Of a DNA stretch of 26,852 nt, positions 16,080 through 24,059 are shown piece after piece. A model generated the notes under the pieces. That model saw nothing but the letters and a program-made list of their open reading frames with translations, ran no database searches and was not told the origin of the DNA. The stretch lies in IMG/VR virus record IMGVR_UViG_3300037424_003009, positions 1 to 26,852 of that record. One strand, written 5' to 3'. The position numbers and the translations under genes were made by a program. The stretch is from a virus. Its lineage: Duplodnaviria; Caudoviricetes. Every line of letters starts with the position of its first letter. Positions within the stretch are counted from its first letter, which is position 1.

Positions 16080-17909
16080 ATGAGCGACCTGCGGACCAGA
16101 ATACTTGTTGACTTGGGCGGCGACCTGGAGCGGCGTGCCAAGCGCTACTCAGGCGCCCTCGACCAGTTCAGCAAGAAGGGGCAGCGTAGCCTGGATATGC
16201 TGCGCCGAGGCGCTGCGAGCACGGGGAAGATGCTTGACGGTTTGGGGGGGCGTTATACGGGGATGCTTGCCAGCGCTGGGGGTGCCTATGTTGCTACCCG
16301 CGAGGCGAAGCTGTCGGCCCTGCTTGATAAACAGCTTATCCAGATCAGGCAAACGGCAGGGGCCACGGGAGAGATGGCCAGGCTCCTGCGGGCGGAGCTG
16401 CACGACATGACCAAAGAGACGGGCCAGTCGTTCGACGGCCTTCTGGTTGGGTTTAATAACCTGATTCAGTCTGGGCTTTCCTGGGAGCAGTCCCTGGTGA
16501 CCATCAAGGCTATTAACCCGGCCATGGCGGTGACCGGTGCCCAAGCCGACGTGCTTTCCTCGGCGCTCACTGTTGCTGCTGAAGCGTTTAATTTTGATTT
16601 GAGCCAGCCACGACTCGCTGTGGAGCTGCTTGACCAGATGACAGCAGCCGGGCGGCTAGGAAACGCCGAGTTGGAAGACTTGTCTGGCATTTTCGCCAGG
16701 GTGGGAGTCAATGCCAAGGCGGCAGGGCTTGATTTTGCCGGGACCCTTGGATTTATCGAGCAGCTTTCGCTCATAGAGAAAAACCCGGAGCGGTTGTCTA
16801 CCTTGGCCGACTCGACCCTGCGGCTTTTTACAAACCAACGCTATAAGCAAATGGCGGCCCAGGCAACGGGCGTCAAGTTCTATGATGCGGAGGGCAGTCG
16901 TCGCGAGGCCTTTGCCGTACTTGGCGATATCGCCACGAAGTATGAGACCATTAAGGGCGATTTAAAGCGGGACCAGTTCATCCAAAAGGCCTTTGGTCAG
17001 GCCGACCTCGACACCATCAAAGGCCTGAGGGCTCTCCTTTCGGGCGATGCTATTGACAAGGCCCGCCAGATGAGCAAGGGGATTGCTGGCAGTGCCGGCA
17101 CCATCGGGCGGGATCTGGAGGATGCGTTGGAAAACTCGGTGGACCAGGTTGGGCGGCTTAAAAGCGCCCTGAGGGAGGCTGCTGACGGTTTTGCCCAGCC
17201 TGTTAATGACACGGTTGAGAAGGCGGTAAAATTCCTGCTCGATGAGAAAGGGCTTAGCGGCGGAGAGGTCCTGGCCGGGGGTGCTGTCGCTACTATAGCC
17301 GGGCTCCTGGCGCTCAAAGGCGGCGGCAAATTGCTGCAAAAATTCGGCAGCACGGCAGGCGGGGTGGCGGCTGGTAAGGCGTTGGAGGAGGCCGCCGGAG
17401 TACAGCCGGTATTTGTCGTGAACTGGCCGGGCGGAGAGGCTTTTATGCCGGGAGGATCAGTCGTGCCAGGAGGTGCGGTAACAAGTACGGCCGTCGCAGG
17501 CAGCTCGTATGCCCTGGCCTTGGCCCCGCTGATGATCCCTGTAGCCACTGTGGCTGCCGCTGCAGTGAGCCAGAAAATCGGCAAGGCGCTGGCCAGGAAC
17601 GAGGCCAGCATTAGGAGCACGGAAGATCTGATCGCCCTGCGCTCCAGGCAGATGGTTATGGGCGGCGGCGCTGTCAAGGGCGGCAACTTTCAGACGCGGA
17701 CCATCGACAAGGAACTGGCCAAGAGATACGGCTCCGGCATGCAGACCATGTCTGGCCACGGCCAGCAGCAGATGCGTGGTGAGGTGGTGGTGCGGGTGAA
17801 AGCGGAGCGGGGAACAGAGGCCAGAACGGATCAGCTGCGCTCTAACCACGAGAGCTTCAGCCTGCAGGCGGAGACGGAAGTGGGGATTGTGTCAGGGGGG
17901 GCGTGGTGA
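16080..17909 (+). CDS. tail tape measure protein (609 aa)
   Basis: Long Ala/Gly/Leu-rich helical protein, AGRLGNAELEDL, VQPVFVVNWP; position. Confidence 0.92.
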   Translation: MSDLRTRILVDLGGDLERRAKRYSGALDQFSKKGQRSLDMLRRGAASTGKMLDGLGGRYTGMLASAGGAYVATREAKLSALLDKQLIQIRQTAGATGEMARLLRAELHDMTKETGQSFDGLLVGFNNLIQSGLSWEQSLVTIKAINPAMAVTGAQADVLSSALTVAAEAFNFDLSQPRLAVELLDQMTAAGRLGNAELEDLSGIFARVGVNAKAAGLDFAGTLGFIEQLSLIEKNPERLSTLADSTLRLFTNQRYKQMAAQATGVKFYDAEGSRREAFAVLGDIATKYETIKGDLKRDQFIQKAFGQADLDTIKGLRALLSGDAIDKARQMSKGIAGSAGTIGRDLEDALENSVDQVGRLKSALREAADGFAQPVNDTVEKAVKFLLDEKGLSGGEVLAGGAVATIAGLLALKGGGKLLQKFGSTAGGVAAGKALEEAAGVQPVFVVNWPGGEAFMPGGSVVPGGAVTSTAVAGSSYALALAPLMIPVATVAAAAVSQKIGKALARNEASIRSTEDLIALRSRQMVMGGGAVKGGNFQTRTIDKELAKRYGSGMQTMSGHGQQQMRGEVVVRVKAERGTEARTDQLRSNHESFSLQAETEVGIVSGGAW

Positions 17910-17914
17910 TGAGG

Positions 17915-18307
17915 TCAGTCGTTCGGCTTTATGTCAGCGCAGGCAATTTTGTAAGGCAGGTTGTCCACTTGATAGCAGACGAGCTGTTTGTTATTTGGCC
18001 AGTGGTCAGCGCGCTCAATATACTGTTGTCCGCCAAGCTCCATGTAGCGCAATGTAATTTTGCCGTGCTCATATTCAGAACGCTCGCGGCGATCAGGCGG
18101 CATTGCGTCCAGACGCTCATGGGCAACCATCGTGAGTTGGCCATTCTTGAATTCACAGGTAAAACCAAGGGCCATGGCGTTGACTTGCTTGCACTCATAG
18201 GAAAATACGGTGCCGCGCACTGTGCCACGATGGTTTTGCAGGTCTTCGGCCTGGGCAACAGTGGAGATGGACAGCAGGGCGATGAGAATCAAAAGATATC
18301 TGGACAT
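17915..18307 (-). CDS. secreted/periplasmic hypothetical protein (moron; candidate superinfection exclusion)
   Basis: Signal peptide MSRYLLILIALLSISTVAQA/ED; 4 Cys; SD AAGGAG; own promoter; reverse strand; lower GC. Confidence 0.8.
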   Translation of the reverse strand: MSRYLLILIALLSISTVAQAEDLQNHRGTVRGTVFSYECKQVNAMALGFTCEFKNGQLTMVAHERLDAMPPDRRERSEYEHGKITLRYMELGGQQYIERADHWPNNKQLVCYQVDNLPYKIACADIKPND

Positions 18308-18338
18308 GGGGAAGGCTCCTTATGTTGGTTATATGGGC

Positions 18339-18367
18339 AGTGTAGCATGATGGACTCTGGGTGTAAA
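18339..18367 (-). promoter_or_regulatory. sigma70 promoter of the moron
   Basis: Minus strand TTTACA-17 bp-TACACT with extended -10 TG. Confidence 0.75.
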
Positions 18368-18369
18368 GC

Positions 18370-19575
18370 ATGAGTTGGCGAGAGACCATCAAGGGCCAAA
18401 GTGTGGAAGGCCAGGCGCTGACCGGCAGCTTCCGGGGCGCGCGTTTTGTGGTGCCCTCTTCCGAGGCGGTCTTTGGGCGCCGGACTGAGGTGCATGAGTA
18501 CCCGCAGCGCGATACGCCCTGGGTGGAAGATCTTGGCCGTAAGGCCCGGCAGTTTTCAGTAGAGGTCTTTGTGGATGGCCGCCTGGGCGAGTATCTCGCA
18601 ATGCGCGATACGCTGATTGCCGCCATTGAGGAGCCTGGCCCCGGCACCTTGATCCACCCCTGGCACGGCACCATGACCGTGACCCTTGCCGAGCCTGCCT
18701 CGGTGAGGGAGTCTACCCGTGAGGGTGGCCGGGCCACCTTCCGCCTGGTGTTTGTCGAGGGCGGCGAGCTGCGCTATCCTTCATCGGGCAATGACACGGC
18801 CTGGGCGGTGGACGAAAAGGCGGACAGCGCCTTGGCCACAAGCAAAGAAGCCTTCAACGAATCTTTTGACACGGACGGGCTGCCGGGCTGGAGCCTGACC
18901 GAGGTCGCCGATGATCTCTATACCACCCTGGCCGACCTTGAGGACATGGTGGCCGGGGTGGCCGGGCCCATCGCCGCTGAGATCAGGAGCCCGGCTAACA
19001 TGGCCACGGCCATTATTGGCTCGGTGCAACGTTTGGCGAATACGGCCACGGAACCGCTGCGGGCACTATCATTATATAAGAGGCTGTTTGACGCCGGTGA
19101 CGATTGCCCAGCTCGCCAGGCCACTACCCTTGTCCGGCAGCAGCAGGCCACGAGCACGGCAGCCCTGCAGCGCTTGACCAGGCAGACCGCAGTGATCGAG
19201 GCCTGCCGGTCATCGAGCCAGGCCGACTACCTGACCCGGAGCGAGGCCCTGGCCACTGCGGCCCTGCTGCAGGACAGCCTGGATGCTTTGATGGAAGCTG
19301 TTGACCCGGTAAGCGGCGAGCCGATCAGCGACACCGTCTATCAGCAGCTGGCGGCATTGCGGGCCGGAGTGGCCCTTGATCTGCGCAGCAGAGGGGCGCG
19401 GCTGCCTGACCTGACCACCTATACGCCGCCCGCCACCTTGCCTGCCCTGGTGGTGGCGCACCTGATCTACGGTGATGCAGCCAGGGCGGATGAGATTGTT
19501 GATCGCAACCGTATCAGCCATCCCGGTTTTGTCCCTGGCGGCGACCCGCTTGAAATTGTGGCCCCAGGAGTTTGA
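18370..19575 (+). CDS. DNA circularization protein (Mu gpN-like)
   Basis: GSFRGARF, GRRTEVHEYPQRD, VEDLGRKAR, GPGTLIHPWHG, RNRISHPGFVP. Confidence 0.92.
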   Translation: MSWRETIKGQSVEGQALTGSFRGARFVVPSSEAVFGRRTEVHEYPQRDTPWVEDLGRKARQFSVEVFVDGRLGEYLAMRDTLIAAIEEPGPGTLIHPWHGTMTVTLAEPASVRESTREGGRATFRLVFVEGGELRYPSSGNDTAWAVDEKADSALATSKEAFNESFDTDGLPGWSLTEVADDLYTTLADLEDMVAGVAGPIAAEIRSPANMATAIIGSVQRLANTATEPLRALSLYKRLFDAGDDCPARQATTLVRQQQATSTAALQRLTRQTAVIEACRSSSQADYLTRSEALATAALLQDSLDALMEAVDPVSGEPISDTVYQQLAALRAGVALDLRSRGARLPDLTTYTPPATLPALVVAHLIYGDAARADEIVDRNRISHPGFVPGGDPLEIVAPGV

Positions 19576-19577
19576 CC

Positions 19578-20645
19578 ATGACCGAATTGAACGAAGACAT
19601 AGAGTTGCTGGTGAACGGCCAGATCTATACGGGCTGGAAGGGTGTGAACGTGCGGAGCTCGCTTGATTATTTTGCCAGCTCCTTTGACTTGACCATGACC
19701 GACACCCAGGCTGGTGACGCCAAGACCATTAAGCTGGGCAGCCCCTGCCAGGTGCGGGTCGCCGGCGAGAAGTTGATCACCGGCTTTGTTGACCGTATCC
19801 GGCCCCGGTACGATGGCAAGAGCAGATCTCTGACTGTCTCCGGCCGCTCGAAGGTGGCGGATCTCGTCGACTGTTCTTTGCCGCCTCAAGATACGGGTTC
19901 TGGTCAACAAAATAATCAAACCTTTCTACAATTGGCCACCACCATTGCTGACCGCTTCAAAATTAAGGTACGCAATGAGGCAAGCGACTTGGCACCGATT
20001 AGTCTGGCGGTATTGGCCCCAGAGCAAACTGCTTACGAGTTTCTAGAAGTGCTTGCTCGATCTATAGGCGTACGGCTGACAGACGACCCTGATGGTAATC
20101 TGGTGATCACCCAAGCCAGTACGGAGCGGGTGGGCACGGCCCTGGTGTTGGGTGAGAATATCGAACAGGCCGAGGGCGAGTTCAGTGAGAGGGATCGTTT
20201 TAGCCATTATTATATCTTAGGCCAGCGCTCTTACACTGATGGAGAAGACGCCGAATCAGATGCCCACATATCAGGACAGTCTGTGGATCTTAAAGTCCGC
20301 TATCGGCCAACAACAATTAATGCAGAAGGGGCTATAGGTGGTCTCGCCGAGGCCAAGCGCCGGGCCGAGTACCAGCGCAATATCCAGTATGGCCGCTCGC
20401 GCCAGGCCACCTACACGGTGAGCGGCTGGCATCATAATGAAGGTCTGTGGCGTAAGAACACAAACGTGCTGGTCCAAGACGAATGGATGGGCTTTACCGG
20501 CAAAGACGGAAAAGGCGAGTGGCTGATGATTGGGACGGTGGAGTTTGTTATGGATGGCGGCGGCAAGCGCACCAAGCTGACGGTGATGCCCAAAGAGGCC
20601 TATGACCTGACGCCTTTGCCTGCCGTCGATGCGGAGGGGTGGTGA
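19578..20645 (+). CDS. baseplate hub protein (Mu gpP/gp44-like)
   Basis: LLVNGQIYTGWKGV, LITGFVD, VSGRSKVADLVDCS, DDPDGNL, RDRFSHY; SD AGGAG at 19566-19570 (TTG 19572 is an alternative start). Confidence 0.92.
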   Translation: MTELNEDIELLVNGQIYTGWKGVNVRSSLDYFASSFDLTMTDTQAGDAKTIKLGSPCQVRVAGEKLITGFVDRIRPRYDGKSRSLTVSGRSKVADLVDCSLPPQDTGSGQQNNQTFLQLATTIADRFKIKVRNEASDLAPISLAVLAPEQTAYEFLEVLARSIGVRLTDDPDGNLVITQASTERVGTALVLGENIEQAEGEFSERDRFSHYYILGQRSYTDGEDAESDAHISGQSVDLKVRYRPTTINAEGAIGGLAEAKRRAEYQRNIQYGRSRQATYTVSGWHHNEGLWRKNTNVLVQDEWMGFTGKDGKGEWLMIGTVEFVMDGGGKRTKLTVMPKEAYDLTPLPAVDAEGW

Positions 20646-21256
20646 GCGAGTCTGTCTATGGCAGATTGACCGGGCCAATCCGGCGGCGCTTGAAGCTTAT
20701 GCTCTCGCGGGCGGTGGGCCGGATGGTTGACCCTGCCACCTTGCTGCAGACCTTGCAGCTTGAGATCTTGAGGGGCGAGACGATGGATGGCATCGAGCAT
20801 CTTGAAGGCTACGGCCGCACCGCGCATCCGCCTGCCGGGTTCGAGGCCATGACCGCCTCGCTTGGTGGCGACCGGGCGCACACCGTGGCCCTGGCTACCT
20901 GGCATCGGCAGTATCGGGTGACCGGACTTAAGGCGGGCGAGCAGGCAATTTATGATGATCAGGGCCAGGTTATTGCTCTGCTGCGGGACAAGACCATCCA
21001 TATATATGGATGCGACAAACTTATTGCCGATGTGGCCACTGAGGCGACCATCACCTGTCCGTTGGTGACGGTGACGGCCTCGGCCAAGATTCTTTTTGAC
21101 ACGCCGCTTTTGGAATGTACCGGTGAGATCAAGGACAAATGCAACAGCGGCGGGGTATCCATGAGCGCAATGCGCCAGACGTACAACGGCCACACCCATA
21201 ATGAGAACAACAACCTCGGCGGCCCGACATCACAGGCAAGCCAGCTGATGGAATAG
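20642..21256 (+). CDS. baseplate spike protein (Mu gp45-like)
   Basis: EHLEGYG, GGDRAH, GLKAGEQAIYDDQG, C-terminal YNGHTH (HxH metal-binding tip); GTGA overlap (GTG 20639 is an alternative start). Confidence 0.9.
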   Translation: MSESVYGRLTGPIRRRLKLMLSRAVGRMVDPATLLQTLQLEILRGETMDGIEHLEGYGRTAHPPAGFEAMTASLGGDRAHTVALATWHRQYRVTGLKAGEQAIYDDQGQVIALLRDKTIHIYGCDKLIADVATEATITCPLVTVTASAKILFDTPLLECTGEIKDKCNSGGVSMSAMRQTYNGHTHNENNNLGGPTSQASQLME

Positions 21257-21259
21257 AGC

Positions 21260-21757
21260 ATGGATATCTCAATTATTTATAACGGCACCACGCTGACCTT
21301 TGACCTGGCCATCCGCAATGGCGATATCGCCACGGATAACGGCTTGTTGGCCGCTGTGCTGGTGAGTTTGTTCACTGATCGCCGGGCCAATGCCGACGAC
21401 GTGCTCCCCGACGATGCACAGGGACGTGCGAGTGCCGCAGGGGCAGGACGCCCAGGAGCGGCTGGGACTGGTGATCGCCGGGGCTGGTGGGCGGACGCAG
21501 GGCCTGAGGTTGACGGTGATTTGATCGGCTCCAGGCTGTGGCTGCTCTCCCGAGAGAAGCAGTTGCCTGATGTGCTGCAACGGGCCCAGGTCTATGCCGA
21601 GGAGGCGCTGGCCTGGCTGGCTGAGGACGGCATTGCAAAATATGTCTCTGCTCCGGCTGAATGGGTGAGGGCCGGGGTGCTTGGGTTGCTGATAGACATC
21701 AGACTGAAAGACGGCTCCGGGTTCGAGGCTGTAATCAACTATCCCTTGGAGGGTTAA
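21260..21757 (+). CDS. baseplate protein (Mu gp46-like) with an internal 16-codon insertion
   Basis: AVLVSLFTDRRA, RRGWWAD, IGSRLWLLSREK, YAEEALAWL. Confidence 0.92.
   Translation: MDISIIYNGTTLTFDLAIRNGDIATDNGLLAAVLVSLFTDRRANADDVLPDDAQGRASAAGAGRPGAAGTGDRRGWWADAGPEVDGDLIGSRLWLLSREKQLPDVLQRAQVYAEEALAWLAEDGIAKYVSAPAEWVRAGVLGLLIDIRLKDGSGFEAVINYPLEG
21416..21463 (+). repeat. short structured in-frame insertion with GGA-loop hairpins
   Basis: GCAC-AGGGAC-GTGC; GCCGC...GGGC-AGGAC-GCCC-AGGA-GCGGC; encodes AQGRASAAGAGRPGAA. Confidence 0.5.
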
Positions 21758-22831
21758 ATGGCTTTTGACAGACCGACACTGCCGCAGCTCATCGAGCGCC
21801 TGCAGGCAGATATTGAGGGCCGCATTGCCAGCGTGGATCCGCGTCTGCGCCGATCTGTACTCGGTGCGATTGGCCGGGCTGAATCTGGAGTGGCGCACGG
21901 CCTGCATGGCCATCTGGCGTATCTTGCCAAGCAGCTCAACCCAGCCACGGCGGATGAGGAGTACCTGGCCATCCATGCGGACTGGTGGGGGGTTGACCGT
22001 GTAGCGGCCTCGGCTGCTGGTGGTTCTTGCGACGCGGTTGGCACGGATGGCTCGGTGATTGCGGCCGGGCTCGTGCTGCAGCGGGCGGACGGTGCGGAGT
22101 ACACCACCGATGCCGAGGTGATCATTGCCGGTGGCACAGCCTCTGTGGCCGTGACCTGTGGGACTGCCGGTCAGGACGGCAATAGTGTGGCCGGTGTTGG
22201 CTTGACTTTTGTCTCTCCGGTTCCCGGCGTGCAGAGCAAGGTCACAGTGGATGCGGGTGGCTTGACCGGTGGCGCCGATATCGAAGATGTTGAGTCATGG
22301 CGGGACAGGTTTAGGGCCAGGGTGCAGAAGCAGCCCCAGGGTGGCAGCAAAGCAGATTACGAGGCCTGGGCGCTTGAGGTGGCCGGGGTGACCCGTGTGT
22401 GGGTGATGGCACAGTGGTTAGGCGCCGGCACGGTTGGAGTGTTTTTTGTCCGCGAGGACGATGCGGATCTGATCCCGGATGCGGCAGAGGTACAGGCGGT
22501 GCAGGATCATCTTGATTCTGTGCGGCCGGTGACTGCTGACCTGACGGTGCTGGCGCCGGTGGCCGTGCCGGTTGATATGACCATATCGCTTCAGCCAAAT
22601 ACCAGCTTGGTGCAGGCTGCGGTATCTACGGCCCTGGCCGATTTGTTCAGGCGCGAGGCAGAGGTGGAGGATGGCGCGGGCAGCGGCACCATCTTGATCA
22701 GCCATATCAAGGAGGCCATCAGCCTGGCCAGCGGCGAGATTGATCATGCCCTGGTCGCGCCGATTGTTAATTTGACGTACAGCGCCGGGGAGATCGGCAC
22801 CCTGGGCGCATTGACCTTCCAGGCCCTCTAA
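21758..22831 (+). CDS. baseplate J-like protein (Mu gp47-like)
   Basis: FDRPTL, GGADIED, PQGGSKADYEAWALEVAGVTRVWV, GAGTVGV, RPVTA. Confidence 0.93.
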   Translation: MAFDRPTLPQLIERLQADIEGRIASVDPRLRRSVLGAIGRAESGVAHGLHGHLAYLAKQLNPATADEEYLAIHADWWGVDRVAASAAGGSCDAVGTDGSVIAAGLVLQRADGAEYTTDAEVIIAGGTASVAVTCGTAGQDGNSVAGVGLTFVSPVPGVQSKVTVDAGGLTGGADIEDVESWRDRFRARVQKQPQGGSKADYEAWALEVAGVTRVWVMAQWLGAGTVGVFFVREDDADLIPDAAEVQAVQDHLDSVRPVTADLTVLAPVAVPVDMTISLQPNTSLVQAAVSTALADLFRREAEVEDGAGSGTILISHIKEAISLASGEIDHALVAPIVNLTYSAGEIGTLGALTFQAL

Positions 22832-22832
22832 G

Positions 22833-23420
22833 ATGAAGACGGCGACCGAATATAAAGAACAGTTTAAGGCCTTGCTGCCCCCTGGGCGGTTATGGGACGC
22901 GCTGCGGGCTGATGGCAGCCTGGCCGACGACCTGGTGGCGGCCCTGGCTGAGGAGTTTGCCAGAGTGGATGGCCGGGCCGTGGATCTACTGGCCGAGGTT
23001 GATCCGCGTACAGCCATTGAGTGGCTGGCGGAGTGGGAAGAGTGGGCTGGTTTGCCTGACGTCTGCTCCGGCGCCTTGACCACGCTGCAGCAGCGCCGTG
23101 CTGCCTTGCTGCAGAAGCTGACTGCCACCGGGGGGCAGAGCCGCGCCTATTTTGTAGAGCTTGCCGCCTCCCTTGGTTACGCGGTTGACATTGAGGAGTT
23201 TCGGCCGTTTACCTGCGTTACGGCCTGTGAAGAGCCCCTTTATGACGAAGAGTGGTGGTTTACCTGGCGGGTCAATGCCCCGGAGCAAACGATCATTGAT
23301 TTTACCTGCGAGAGCCCCTGCGAGGAACCGTTGCGGGCCTGGGGTAATAAGCTGCTGGAGTGCGTCATCTTGGCCGGCGCGCCAGCACACACACACGTTT
23401 TATTCGGATATGGAGGATAG
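22833..23420 (+). CDS. baseplate protein, YmfQ/DUF2313 family (Mu gp48-like)
   Basis: LLPPGRLW, EVDPRTA, EWEEWAGLPD, GGQSRAYF, LECVI...PAHT. Confidence 0.92.
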   Translation: MKTATEYKEQFKALLPPGRLWDALRADGSLADDLVAALAEEFARVDGRAVDLLAEVDPRTAIEWLAEWEEWAGLPDVCSGALTTLQQRRAALLQKLTATGGQSRAYFVELAASLGYAVDIEEFRPFTCVTACEEPLYDEEWWFTWRVNAPEQTIIDFTCESPCEEPLRAWGNKLLECVILAGAPAHTHVLFGYGG

Positions 23421-23422
23421 TA

Positions 23423-23731
23423 ATGCATAGAGTTGACACAGCGACAGCCGTAACAGAGATACCGGCCGTTGAACCGGCCGGCACCCCCGGCTATTTCACC
23501 AAAGGCAGCCCGGCAGCCGGGCAGCAGGCCACCGTTCCCGGGGCCGATTTTTTTAATATGATACAGGAAGAGCTGGTCGGGATCTTGACCGCCGCCGGCA
23601 TGACGCCGGATCAGGACAAGGACGACTTTGGCCAGCTGGCCGTGGCGGTTAAGCGGTATGTCGACACCACGTCCGCCGTTACCTACCGGCTCTCCATCGA
23701 AAACGGCGTACTCACCCGAACCGAGGTATAA
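23423..23731 (+). CDS. short tail-fibre stub: baseplate-attachment N-terminal domain only (102 aa)
   Basis: MHRVD...GYFTKGSPAAGQQAT...FFNMIQEEL...QLAVAV, typical of Mu gpS-type fibre N-termini; SD GGAGG. Confidence 0.8.
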   Translation: MHRVDTATAVTEIPAVEPAGTPGYFTKGSPAAGQQATVPGADFFNMIQEELVGILTAAGMTPDQDKDDFGQLAVAVKRYVDTTSAVTYRLSIENGVLTRTEV

Positions 23732-23735
23732 AAAA

Positions 23736-24059
23736 ATGTACGGATACCCAAAACAAATAGCCACCCGCACCGACGCCGAGTACCTGCTCGGCTACCTGGG
23801 CAGCCCCTGGGCCACCCCGGAAAACATCCAGCGCGGCCTCCTTTTTTTTGAGGGCATGCTGGCCCATGCCAAAAGCTATGTTTTTGACCGCAACCTGGCG
23901 GAGGGGGAAGAGCCTGATCCAGATTGCATTGTGCTGGTTCAGGAGGACGGCACCCGCAGGCAGGAAGCGCTGGCGGATGACCCGGCGGCGCTTATCTACC
24001 GGATGGGCTATACGGTTGCCGAAGTCGAAGCGATCATCACCCAAATCAAGGAGGCCTAA
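23736..24059 (+). CDS. hypothetical protein (107 aa), candidate fibre/receptor-binding adaptor or chaperone
   Basis: MYGYPKQIATRTDAEYL...IYRMGYTVAEV; fills the gap between the stub and the DGR target. Confidence 0.75.
   Translation: MYGYPKQIATRTDAEYLLGYLGSPWATPENIQRGLLFFEGMLAHAKSYVFDRNLAEGEEPDPDCIVLVQEDGTRRQEALADDPAALIYRMGYTVAEVEAIITQIKEA

Noticed and set aside
17903-18373. 156-aa plus-strand ORF between tape measure and N
   Set aside because: The minus-strand ORF has a promoter, SD and signal peptide; this one reads as its antisense shadow.
23729-23738. A7 run at the fibre stub / 107-aa gene junction as a slippage site fusing the two genes
   Set aside because: The run begins inside the TAA stop, so changing its length would not remove the stop.
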